Part shown: positions 1 to 11,930 of the stretch, piece by piece
Layout of the letters: each line of letters starts with the position of its first letter
Numbering within the stretch: position 1 is the stretch's first letter
Assembly (NCBI RefSeq): GCF_963921235.1
Contig: NC_086097.1
Location: forward strand, 68,822,001 to 68,886,000
DNA length: 64,000 nucleotides
Origin: Mobula hypostoma
Taxonomy: Eukaryota
Reading direction: 5' to 3'
Position numbers and translations under genes: made by a program
Notes under the pieces: generated by a model
The model's database searches: none
Seen by the model: only the letters and a program-made list of their open reading frames with translations
What the model was told of the DNA's origin: nothing

Positions 1-170
1 AGATACGGCAGGGACGGAGGAATTCAGAAAAGGGAATGGCATTTTTACAAGGGAGAGGGCGGGAAGAGGTATAGCTGTGAAAGTCAGTGGGTTTCTAAAA
101 GATATCGATAGATGTACTTTCTCCAGAGATGGAGACAGAGAGATTGAGAAAGGGGAGAGAGGTCTCAGAA
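1..170 (-). mobile_element. Penelope-like element RT fragment (degenerate)
   Basis: Minus strand reads approximately SPFLNLSVSISGESTSIDIF*KPTDFHSY..TSSRPLPCKNAIPFSEFLR, resembling the PLE RT C-terminal 'PFLD..S..YKPTD.H.YL...S.HP..CK..IP.SQFLR' motif. Confidence 0.75.
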
Positions 171-487
171 TGAATCTAGTACTCGATTGAAACATCCTTG
201 ACCTTGACAGCAATTGGTTGCACAGAACAAATAAAGAACAGTCATGTTACTGATTTTAGATCTTTTAGCATTATTTTTAAAACAATTCATTCATGTGACT
301 GCCAGGGTTGAGATGACTGGCTGGTACGAACCAGCACATTACTTTTGCTTTAGTTGATCTGGTGATATTATAATTCACCTCTAATATAATTCTAAACAAA
401 CTGTTCTCAGCTAATTATTCTATTTAATAATTAGTATTTTGATCAATGACTAAATACTCTCCAAAATCAAGACTATTGACTATGTAT

Positions 488-950
488 AGAAGAGATTTAC
501 AAAGATGATTGTAGGATCAGAGATTTCATTTACACAGAGAAACTAATGAAACTGGAGGAATTTCATTAGAATAAATAAAGATGTGGGAATTTGATAGCCT
601 TCAAGAGAAGTGAAAGGGGTTTCAATAAAATCAATGGGGAGAAACCATTTTCACCAGCTTGTGAGTTAGTGACTGGAGGGCACATCATTAAAGTAATCAC
701 TGAAAGAAGACAAGGAGCTGTTAAGAGATTTCTGTCATCTAAAGACTGAAAACTGAATGCCCTAACAGAAACAATTGTTGAAGTAGATTCTGTAATTGCC
801 TTTTACATGGAAATGACTTAATATCTGATGGAGAAAAAAACAAATGTTAGACAGATATTGAGAAAAACAGGTGAATGGAATCAAATGGATGACCTCTTCA
901 GAGAACATGCAAAGGGGTGACAGCTTTTGTCCTGTGTTATAACATTCTAT
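488..950 (+). mobile_element. Old CR1 LINE 3' fragment
   Basis: Decayed 'RFTKMI' and 'TGGH..K' segments followed by 3' UTR-like sequence. Confidence 0.55.
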
Positions 951-1814
951 ATTTTACGAGTCTGAACAGGGAGCTTGCACTTTGTTTCACATTGAGCATC
1001 TTCAGTCACAATGAGAAATTGGATTTGAAACCTGCCAACTTTGTGCTGGGTATGAATCAAGTGGTGCACCCTGTTTATGCTGGAGCTTTATGTCATTCAA
1101 GTCATACTGGCATTTCCCGAGAAATGGTCGAATTAGCAGAGCCCGTTAATCTTGCTGTCTACCTTCTACATGAAGGCAAGAGTTCCCAATGAACTCACTT
1201 ACCAGCATTACCAGAGACACCACTTTCTGTGCACCCTGCATCCCAGCACAGAAAGCAGGAAACATCCAATAGTTTGGTTGCCTAATAAATCAGAAAGGTT
1301 TTAGGTGTAAAATTCTTCCCCTGTTCTAACAACAGAACAGGATCATAGAGTTCTGGGTTGTACATTGCAGCTTTCTGTTTAAAAGAAATTACATTCTTAT
1401 AAATTTTGACACAACATTATTGTATTAAGTGTTGTGTAATGAATCAGAATTTGATCAGGGAGTTTAAGGTAAAGGAACCCTTGGGAATCAGTGATCATAA
1501 AATGGTAAAATCTACCCTGCGGTTTGAGAAGGAGAAAATAAAGTCAGATGTATCAGTACTGCACTGGAGGAAAGGAAACTAAAGAGGCATAAGAGAGGAG
1601 CTGGTCAAGACTGGGTGGAAGGGGACTCTATCAGGGATGATAGCAGAGCAGCAAAGGCTGGAGTTTCTGAGGCAATTATAGAAGGTGCAGGATAGATGCA
1701 ACACAAAGACAAAAGGGAGGATGAAGCAACTGTGCCTGACAAGGGAGGTCAAAGGCAGCATAAAAGCAAAAGAGGGGCACATAATACAGCAAAAATTAGT
1801 GAGATGTTAGAGGA

Positions 1815-1895
1815 ACACACACAAGTTGCTGGAGGAACTCAGCAGGCCAGGCAGATCTATGGAAAAAAGTGAGCAGTTGACTTTTTGGGCCTAGA
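1815..1895 (-). mobile_element. Penelope pLTR fragment
   Basis: acacacaagttgctggaggaactcagcaggccaggcag is the same motif seen at 11450, 14115, 30297 and 40150 and, reversed, at 43317, 54833 and 55500. Confidence 0.75.
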
Positions 1896-1959
1896 CTGCA
1901 CTTGGAACATTGTGAGCAGTTTTGGGCCCCTTATGTAAGAAAAGATGTGCTTTCATTGG

Positions 1960-2258
1960 GTGTGGGCACGTGGCCAAGTGGTTAAGGCATTGGACTAGCG
2001 ACCTGAAGGTCATGAGTTCCAGCCCCAGCTGAGGCAACATGTGTTGTGTCCTTGAGCAAGGCACTTAATCACACATTGCTCTGCGACAACACTGATGCCA
2101 AGCTATATGGGTCCTAATGCCCTTCCCTTGGACAACATTGGTGTCGTGGAGAGGGGAGACTTGCAGCATGGGCAACTGCTGGTCTTCCTTGCCCAGTGAA
2201 GACTTTCCAGGCGCAGATCCATGGTCTCGCAAGACTCACGGATGCCTTTACTTACTTA
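1960..2258 (+). mobile_element. tRNA-derived SINE with CORE-like segment and RTE-like 3' end, (TTAC)n tail
   Basis: A box TGGCCAAGTGG, B-box-like GAGTTCCAGCC, then gtgtccttgagcaaggcacttaa. Perfect 10-bp TSD CTTTCATTGG at 1950-1959 and 2259-2268; removing the insert restores the CR1. Confidence 0.9.
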
Positions 2259-3319
2259 CTTTCATTGGAGAGGTTCCAGAGGAGGTTCACGAGACTGATT
2301 CTGGAAATGAAAGGGGTTAATGCATAAGGAGCATTTGATGGAACTGGAGTTCAGAGGAATTAGGGGGATCCCATTGAAACCTATCGAATATTGAAAGGCC
2401 TAAATAGAGTGGATGTTTTGTATAGTGGGGGAGTCTAGGACCAGACGGCACAGTCTCAGAATATAGGTACATCCATTTAGAACAAAGTTGAGGAGGAATT
2501 TCTTTAGCCAGAGGGTAGTGAATCTGTGGAATTTACCACCATGGACAGCTGAGGAGGCCAAGTCATTGGGTATATTTAAAGCCAAGTTTGATAGGTTCTT
2601 GATTAGTCAGGGCATCTAAGGTGATTGGAAGAAGGCAGGAGAATAGGGTTGAGTGGGATAATAACTCAGCCATGGAGGTGGAGCAGACTAGATGGGCCAA
2701 ATGGCCTAATTCAGCTCCTATGTTTTGTGGTCTTATTGTGCATTGCCCACTCATTTGCTCTATTTTAACTTTATTACTCCCACAGTGTGCAAACATCATT
2801 TACTGAAGTTGTGCATGTGATCTATGACTTTGTTGGTAGCTAAGAATCACAGAACAAGGGGACCATTTAGTCTTCCTATCATATGGTCCTTTGGTTATAG
2901 AGATCATGCTAGTTGTGGATCCAGATTCAGTATCACTGTAAAGTTACCCTAAAAAAGAACATTGAATCTCATAAAGAAGCTTAAATATGAATGGGCTAAA
3001 TAGCATGGAAGAACAAACTGACCAAAATGTTATGGCTACTATATGTGAACGCACAGAGCATTCTTTTTATAATAGAGGCAAAATAATGGCACACAGACAC
3101 AAACACCTATAATATGCTTGCCATTACAGATTGTAAATGTGATAAAGATTTGTACTTAAATATTCCAGAAAATGACATTTAAAACTGATACATAAAGTAG
3201 AAAAGTGGCAGAGTTAGCTCTCTTATTAATGAATGGATAAAGACATTTGAGGGAAAGGATTACAGCTCAAAATTATGAAAGTTTTAAAGCAGCTGAGAAA
3301 CATAAAAGAGTTGTACATA

Positions 3320-5345
3320 GTTGTCCGGTCATGATGAATCCAAATATTTATAGGTGCATGTAACGGAAGTAATACAATATTCATGGGGGACTTGAATCTA
3401 AAGAAAATGAGGCAAACCAAATTAGCAGTAACAGTATGGAGGATGAATTCATGGATTGTGCACGAATTGCCTTTTGTAGATCAGTATGTCAAGGAACCAA
3501 TGATGAATAGGCTATTTTTGATCTAGAATTGTGTAACAAGGGTTAATTGTTAAGTTAGTAATGACTAAATAATAGAGTATTATGAAAAAATTAAAAGAAA
3601 TTTAATTAAATCTGAAACCAGATCCTTAAGTGTAAACAAACTAAAGCAGGAAGACAGATGAATTGGGTTGGTTGTAGTAGTTTTAAAAGGTATGGCATAA
3701 AACTAGTGATGCCTAATATTCAAAGAATTTACACATGCTGTAGTTTATAAGTGATATAAATCACTTCCAGGTTAAAAATATCTAACAAGAAAAGTAGTGC
3801 AGCAATGGCTCTCAAGAGAAATTAACAACAGCACTTAGAGCAAAGGAAAAATCTTATAATAATGGTTCCTAAAAACAGCAGTAAACTAGAGTTTGATTGC
3901 ATTTCAGAGTTCACCAAGGTATCAACAAGGAAGCAAAAGCAGAATGAGAAAGTAATGCAGTAACAAGATAAAACACGATGGTAAAGATTCCCATAGATAT
4001 GAAAAAAGGAAAAGATTAGTTCAGCTTCAGGATTTCTTCACAGACATCGACAGGTTAAGTGAATGGGCAAAGGCATGACAGATGTAACATGATGTGGAAA
4101 AATAAGGTAATACAGTTTGGTAAATAGAGAATTTGGGTATTTTTAAAACGATTAAGGAATGAAAAGTGTTTGTACGACCTGGGCATCCTTACACTTTAAG
4201 TTAACATACACATATAGTAAGCAATTAAGATGACAATATAACTTTTATTGCAGCATAATTTCAATACAAGACGTATCTTCCTCGAATTCTGTATGTTCTT
4301 GGCAAGACTGTCCATAAGATATTGTGTACAGGTCTAGTCTCTTTACCAAAGGCAGAACATGTGTGTAATAGAGGGAATAAATTGAAGAGTTTCTAGATTG
4401 TATCCTGAGATGGTAGCCTTAACTTATGAGGAAGGATTAAGTGGGTTGGCATATAGCCTCATCAAGTTGAGTAAGATGAAGAGTGATTTCATTGAAACAT
4501 ATAGAATTCATATTTAGCTTGACAGGACAGATGCAGAGATATTTCTAGAGGCAGGGATTCAAGATTGCTTCATGTTATTTACTGTACATAAGTGTAAAGG
4601 AGGATGAAATAATGGTTACTCTGGATCCAATGCAACACACAAAAAACACAATAAGATAAAGAACACAATAATTATAAACACAAGAATTATTAATACATAA
4701 TAAGACATTATTGTATGACATTAAGTGATGCTAGGCACAGGAGTGTCTGAAGACAAAGTGACAGTGACAGGAGATAAAGTAGTGGTGGTGGATGAGTGAG
4801 TGGAGGTGTTGATCAGCTTCACTGCGTGTGGAAAGTAACTGTTTTTGAACCTGGTGGTTCTGGCATGGAAGCTACGTAGTCTCTTTCCTGATGGGAGTGG
4901 GACAGACAGTCCACGAACAGGGTGGGCGGGATCTTACTGGCCCTTTTCCAGCACCTTTCTGTATATACAGTATATCTTTGATCATGGGTAGGCTGGTGCC
5001 AGTGACAGGCTGGGCAGTTTTGAGTACCCGGTGTAGAGCCTTTCTGTCTACCATGGTGCAGTTTCTGTACCATGCATGACAGTCTCAAAGTGAGGAGACA
5101 GCCATTAACAAGGAGAAGAAATTTCTTCAATTAGAAGATAATGAATCTTTATAATTCTTACTTAATAGAGCAGTGGGGTGAGTAGCTCAGTTGAATGAAG
5201 ACTGAGATTATTAGATTTTTAAATATTAAGGGAATCAAGGTATATACATTACTGGATGAAAGTGATGGTGAGGTTTAAGATCAACCATGATCACATTGAT
5301 TGGCAGAGCAGATACATGAGGCTAAATGTCCTATTCTTGCTGTTA
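3320..5345 (+). mobile_element. Old, fragmented CR1 LINE (EN and RT remnants) with a Rex1 insertion
   Basis: IFMGDLNL, DQYVKEP, AIFDL and DRLSEWAK remnants, plus 3' UTR at about 5270-5345. Confidence 0.7.
4556..5077 (-). mobile_element. Rex1/Babar-type LINE 3' fragment
   Basis: AWYRNCTMVDRKALHRVLKTAQPVTGTSLP...LPSGKRLRSFHARTTRFKNSYFPHAVKLIN; short (TGAATC)-like tail. Confidence 0.8.
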
Positions 5346-7451
5346 GCCCTTTTATTCTATTTCATACTACTTTGTCTATCATTACCATTTAAATGTCAGA
5401 AATTCTTTATCCCTTTTTTAACATGTGTGTACATGTTATCAATGTTATTTTTAAAAAAATCAGTTCTTAATTACTTCAGTGAGGTGTGTCACTGATTGGT
5501 AGAATACCCAGCTATGTTATGATGTGTAATGATTGAACTAATTGAGCAACCAATTACAAATCAGTTGTTAAGTAATTAGCTGTACTATCTTGGTTTCACA
5601 CCTGTTATTTATACAAATGACCAGCGTGACAACTATGAAAGAACAAAGAGATTGAAACTCCTAATTATGTTGATTCATAAATGCTGCAGTTTCCATCTGC
5701 AATTTTTCACATAGAGGGCTGTCAGAAATATTTTCTTCCAAGGAAGACACCAAGGAACAAACAGACTAGGATTCCAAATAAGGTAAACATCATGGAAAAA
5801 AATATCACCCTGAGAAATGCTCCTGCATTTTGGGCTTCATAACGCCAATGGCAGATGGCATTTAGCTGGTCAATTGCCTTGCTGTCATGCACAGCCTCTT
5901 AAAGAGGCTAAATCAAATTAAAGAATTAAGGGAGCATTCTGATGCTGTAGATGTTTAATAGTTACTAAATTATTCAAAGATGAAAAACTACTGAAAGAAG
6001 ACAGAAGATAATTAAACACAAAAAAACTATCTGCTGTTTGATACAATGTGAGAGCAGAAACACAGTCAATACTTTAAAAAAAACTAAACACTGATGGGAA
6101 TAATTACATTATTTCTGATATTTTCCTATAGCCCACACACTGTCATTGATTTGCAGTAAATTGCATAAAATATAAGGTACATTCCAGGCACTCTTGAGTG
6201 AACATCAGTTCACTTCAGTAAAAAAAAACTTTTATATCCATTTGATCACTTATCCAATTGTCTCCAAACTGAAAATTCTCTGGACAAAGCTGAGATTGTT
6301 TTACACGTTCACACTTGTAATAAATAAAATTATTATAGCAGAGAATCTATATTTTCAAATGTTGTGAATGTAATTAAAATACCACCTTCTTCTCCTTGGG
6401 CTAAATACATGCTTGTGTATAGTAATTTTGTTGAAAATTGCACTAGGCAAAGCTGGAGAATCAGACAAAGCCTTGAAACACTGTTAATTGTCACCATGGT
6501 GACCAGAAGAATAAGCCATTTTCAAACTCGTACAGAAGACTCACTTTGACAGATTTGGACACTTTTAAGTCTCCTTCAATGTTAGAAGAATGTGGTGTCT
6601 ACCCATATTTGAGTCAGAGAAGAAAACTATCACAGAGGCTTTCAAAATGAATCTGACCTTGAACATGTAAAAAAAATCTACACATGTTAAATCTATTGTA
6701 GTGAAAACTGTGTGAGATAACTGAATGTTATGTAGCAATGCTAAGCAAGTCAAAAAGATTTTAAAATATCTAGACTGTCAGGATAAAGACTGTATAGTCA
6801 GTTTATATGAACTATGCCCCAAAGTTCCCAAGAATTCATCTGCTGCAATACACTTCAGAGTAGAGACTAAAAGGTTGAATAATGGTATTCAAATCAATGC
6901 TTTAAAAGCACACATTGAAGCAAGAAGTCCTTTCATAATTTCCTTGCTAGTTTGTAAGAAACTGAATTTGATTGAGTAAATACATAATGAAGCTGAAGTT
7001 ACCTTTGAGGTTAAAAGAACGTCTTGCAGGTTAGTTGAAACCTGTTTAAAACTAAATAAATAAATATAACTGAAGTTAATGCTGCATGAAATCAATTTAA
7101 ATTGAATGGCAAATTCTTAAAAACATTTATCTGTAAACTTTTTAAAAAAATAATAACTTCTGTTTTCAATTATTTACAACTTGTCTGCCATTTAGGCTTC
7201 AAAGGTAATCTGTGTTTGATGTTATTCAGTGACAAACAAAGACATTTCATCCTGTTCTAAGTACTGCTGCAAATATATACTGATTTATTCAAAGCTGGCA
7301 TGTTATTTTTTTGAAGACAATTTATAGGCCAGGATGACCATGTACAAAATTTAGTAGGTACTGTATGTGTAGTTCTATCCAAAACTATTATTATTATTGT
7401 ATATAGTTGGTTGCTAAAGAAAGATCTTCAGAAATTTAGAACTTAGACTGA

Positions 7452-7563
7452 TTCAGATATTAGACTGGAGTGTTCTCACTGCTTTGGATTCACAGAATGA
7501 AAAGAGCATTTGGAGAAAAGTAGCTGCAATCTTTTAATGCTGATGACCTCTGACAGGCTCACA
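7452..7563 (+). repeat. 112-bp direct repeat, copy A (inserted copy)
   Basis: About 8 differences from 8522-8633 by eye; flanked by AAATTTAGAA at 7432-7441 and 7564-7573. Confidence 0.9.
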
Positions 7564-8521
7564 AAATTTAGAAACAAGTGTTTTCTTTAGGAAAAAGAGA
7601 AACAGATCCATAATTTCTGAAGAGGAGAACAACAGCACAATATCCTACACGTTTTCTTCTGTAACCTAGTAATAATATAACTTGTTTCTGAATACATTTT
7701 CTTTATGATCTTTGAAAAGATTAAAGAACTGCAATGTCATTTAAAATTGCTAGAACTCACCAAGCAAATTACATTTGAGGCTCTGAATCAGTTTTTTTTC
7801 TTCAAGCTGATTCCATTTACACGCATTGAAAATCACATTACATAGCCCATGCATTGTTAATTGGACATAGATTGCATTATCATCATTATAAATCAAACTC
7901 CAAATATCAAAATGAATTGCAAATTCACTAATAGGAGATCATGAAGCAATCTTTTTTAAATATCTTCCATTAATAATTAAATTCAAATTATATTACTTTG
8001 AAATTCTCTTATGAGGGTAGTCGGCTTATTCACTTTGACCCTGCTTTTAAAATACAGAAATATTTCAATCAAGTTGTTGTTTTCCACTGTCCATTGTTTA
8101 AAAAGATCTGTAGTTGAATGCAGGAGTTTTAAAAAAAAGAGCAGATTTACCTGAAACCTGAACATTTAATGTATTGAAGGAAAGTACTGGTTGCAGTTAA
8201 GAGGTCAAAAGAGCACTTTCTTTACCTACCAAGACTGAAGAAAGCACATTACAAATGACAAGTATGTCATTTTTCTCAGAATCTTTAAAGTATGGTGTCT
8301 ATATATAAAAGTATTTAGAAGGTGACAGTAATTTGACAAATCAGGAGCTCTTTAAAAGACTTTTGATAATATGGATTGCTGAAGACATGCAGGGTTATTT
8401 AACTTGCTAGAATTTTTTTCTGTGAAGATTACATTACGGTAGATTAATATTGCATTATAGCCATTTATCATTAGAAAAAACCTTCCTGTTGATTCATGTT
8501 ACACAGCCAACAGTAAAAGAG

Positions 8522-8633
8522 TTCAGATATTAGACTGGAGTGTTCCCACTGCTCTCGATTCACAGAATGAAAAGAAGCAGTTGGAAAAAATAGCTGCAAT
8601 CTTTTTATGCTGATGACCTCTGACAGGCTCACA
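8522..8633 (+). repeat. 112-bp direct repeat, copy B (probable donor)
   Basis: ttcagatattagactggagtgtt...ctgatgacctctgacaggctcaca shared with 7452-7563. Confidence 0.9.
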
Positions 8634-11403
8634 GCTCTTCTATCTGCACTGAATTTGCATGGGGTCTGTGTGCATATGAACAATGTAACCTAAATGGTAG
8701 ACAATCTTTATTCTAATGAAGTGGGTGTCAAGGTCAATGTAAAACTGCAATGATAAATGGAGCACTACTAGGCATGAGGATTCGCTCATACAGTGTGCTG
8801 CTTTCACTTAATTGTTGCCTGAAACATGTAAGTTAATAAAACAGAGAAAACACTTTATGCCAATTAGTTTCACTTTAATGTGCTAACATATTAGAAAGGA
8901 ATCTTATAGATGGATGACAGCATTTTAGTTCTAAGAAACCTGATTACACCAAATCCCATTTTCAACATTGCTAAATGAAAGAGTGGGCTTCTGTTAATAA
9001 TAGGTAGCAGAAACTGCATTCATAACTTGAGCGAATTTTGCAATTATGATGCAGTCTTCCTGTACTTCACTACTTCAATTTAAGATTCTAATTTTAGTTC
9101 ACCTGAAAATACAATTCCAAGTACCAATTACACGACAAAATAGCTGTCATTAAAGATGGTTTGACTCTCCCATAACCTCTTTTATTCAATAGGCTGCCCA
9201 GCAAGTGGTAATAAGGATCTGGAGAACTGACAAGTTGAAAATATCATCTGTTGTTAATTTTCCTACAATTGGTTTATTAACCTTGATTTTTGGGGTGAAT
9301 GAATGATTACAAATAGTAATGACGATGCGTGTAAGACAATACTCCTATTTTAATTATCTGAAAGTCAAAACACATTTTACTTTCGTATATCTATTGTTTG
9401 AGCAGAAAATAATGAATGTAGCTGAGAACAATAGATGCCAGTGTGGGGGTTCAGTAGCAATGCAGAAAGCTACTGATTGATAAAAGATAAATGCACACAT
9501 TTTCAAACCCATGCATTCTTAATGTTATATTTTTCATGAAGGAATGTGCATAGTGTCGGTGAAATGCTTTTGGAGAACCTTCAGACAAATCATACAATGA
9601 ATGAAGACTCCTTGCAAATTGACAAAAATTTGTGAATATACAAGTCTCCAAACAATGAAGAATGTATTGATGTGAAGCAATGATTAGTGGCGACGAGAGT
9701 AGCAGTGATGGGAAGAATTCAAACAAATTCCAAATTGCCAAGAAAATGTGACTATTAATAAATGTAAGAATCAAGGGCAGTGGAAAGTTAAGATAATAGG
9801 CATATCCACAGGATAGAATAAATGTACCACCATGGGCTTCTTTAGAGGCACCTTCATGAAAATTGGTCAAGGAAAAAGAAGAAATCATGTTCATACAATA
9901 GAAATGTTATCAGACATAACTAGTCAAACATCTGAAAGAAAAACAGTAATATTAAAAATAATAGCTATTAATTGGCAAATTTATTGTCTGAGGCTTTAAG
10001 GAGGAAAATCTGCGTTAATAATTATTTTGATCAGAAGCTGTGACATTTTCAAAGAACTTTTATTGATTTTGTGGGAGTTGCTTAATCCCTGTATCAATTG
10101 TAATGTTATTCATCCCAGCATATAGTAGCATTTAATATAAACAGTTTACGTTCTGTACATCAGATAAAATCATTTCATTCCTGTCTTTAATTATAGCTAG
10201 ACTATTTTTTCATAATTTTAACATGAACAATGTGACCCACAGAATCTATATCAACACATCAAATAAGAAGTGCACTTTCATACTGGTATAATTCACCAAC
10301 ATATACTAAAACAAAATTGGCCACACAAAAGCTCAATACATTAAAATATTTATTTGATAATCACGTGCAGGAACCACTAGATACAGACTCATCTGTGTGA
10401 GGTTTGTCCTGTCTGAAGCATTGACGTGTCAATGAGGCAGACCCCAGTGGGGTGTAGGCTGCAAAATTAAATGGTTGTAAAAGAAATCTTAATGTGGGAT
10501 GGAATTCAGTCTAACCTTGACATGACCTTAGGAAAAAATGCATAAAGCAAAATTAGTGCTCTTTATAACACACATCAGATTTTGTAACCAAACAAGTTTG
10601 GAACAAGAAAAATATGAAACTACTTGAAAAATGTTGATGAGGTCAAATTAAACAACAAACTCTGGAAAAGTGGAGGCTTCAACAGACCAGATCTGTTACT
10701 GTGGAAGCATCTAAAGCATTTGGAAATGTTCCAACCAAAAACAGACACCGAGCAATATTGTTAGCTTGATTATTCTGAGAAAATTGTTTTTATAGTGTGG
10801 CTATGGGTGGGAGAAACTGCTAATTGCTTGATTATTATTGCTGGAAAAATAATTTAGAACTATTCATTTGTTCCATTGAATTACTGAAAGCTTGTAGACC
10901 AGTTCTGCCTTCGTAAACTAAAACAAGGTATACTTGGCATGTCTTAGAAGTACATAAAATTAACTATTTGCATAATCAACCCATGTTTTCACTTTAAACG
11001 TAAGACAAAATAAAGTTTCAGTTTTCTGCATGCATGAATTCGCAATTTAAATAGAGTGTACTGATAAGGAAGTTTTACCTTTTGACAGTAAAACAGCCAT
11101 TTACAGCATTTGTTAAGTCTATCTGCATCACCAAGATAAATCATTTCAGAGACTGATCTTTTTCTTCCTTGCGATGATTTTAACTCTATAATAAGTAAAC
11201 AAGTTCAACAAAATGTTTTTTCATTGGCAATGTAGCATTCCATATAAATAATGAAACTACTTCTTAAAATCACTAATAATCCCCTCTGAGCTGATAATAA
11301 TATTCAACTATTCAAATATTTCCATTATTTGTACCACAGTTCAGTTTGGAAATTAGGCCATCTGGTGGACATTATAGGTAAGGGTAAATAATTCAAAGAA
11401 CTA

Positions 11404-11930
11404 TCAACGCAAACAACAGGAATTCTGCAGATGCTGGAAATTCAAGCAACACACATCAAAGTTGCTGGTGAACGCAGCAGGCCAGGCAGCATCTCTAGGA
11501 AGAGGTACAGTTGACGTTTCAGGCCGAGACCCTTCGTCAGGACTAACTGAAGGAAGAGTTAGTAAGAGATTTGAAAGTGGGAGGGGGAGGGGGAGATCCA
11601 AAATGATAGGAGAAGACAGGAGGGGGAGGGATGGAGCCAAGAGCTGGACAGGTGATTGGCAAAGGGGATAGGAGAGAATCATGGGACAGGAGGCCCAGGG
11701 AGTGGGAAAGGGGGGGGGGACCCAGAGGATGGGCAAGGGGTATAGTCAGAGGGACAGAGGGAGAAAAAGGTGAGTGAGAGAAAGAAAGTGTGTATAAAAA
11801 TAAATAACGGATGGGGTACGAGGGGGAGGTGGGGCAATAGCGGAAGTTAGAGAAGTCAATGTTCATGCCATCAACCTGATGGCATGAACATTGAACTCCA
11901 ACCTGATAGCATGAACATTGAACTCCAACC
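11404..11930 (-). mobile_element. Penelope-like 3' end/pLTR with hammerhead motif and fold-back junction
   Basis: Minus strand ends the GIY-YIG ORF (DGMNIDFSNFR), followed by a pyrimidine-rich pLTR and the conserved terminal block; inverted and tandem pieces at 11856-11930. Confidence 0.85.
11509..11544 (-). ncRNA. Minimal type I hammerhead ribozyme motif (core intact, stem I mismatch)
   Basis: Reverse complement: AGTC-CTGACGA-AGGGTCTCGGCCT-GAAA-C-GTC-AACT. Minimal hammerheads are known from Penelope-like element LTRs. Confidence 0.75.

Larger units (their letters stand above)
1440..2735 (+). mobile_element. CR1 LINE remnant (EN linker plus 3' end), interrupted by a pLTR piece and a SINE
   Basis: KEPLGISDHKMV.., LEHCEQFWAP, QRRFTRLI and FFSQRVVNLWNLP segments; ends in CR1-type 3' UTR (gggccaaatggcctaattcagctcctatg). 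Confidence 0.85.

Noticed and set aside
1197..1260. Strong minus-strand donor CTG|GTAAGT with an adjacent 10-bp hairpin (1223-1255)
   Set aside because: The upstream frames do not resemble AKAP6 and no convincing acceptor was seen; such motifs are expected by chance in 64 kb.
1960..2035. Functional tRNA gene
   Set aside because: It runs into a SINE body with tail and TSD, so it is a SINE head.
7538..7556. TGATGA..CTGA in the 112-bp repeat as a C/D snoRNA or hammerhead
   Set aside because: The boxes are only a few nt apart and on the strand opposite the host gene; no GAAA or stem arrangement follows.
9451..9894. 147-aa minus-strand ORF
   Set aside because: F/L/S/I-rich composition typical of non-coding AT-rich DNA; no recognisable domain or splice context.
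11579..11730. G-quadruplex-prone purine tracts
   Set aside because: Part of the ordinary low-complexity pLTR body; not locus-specific.
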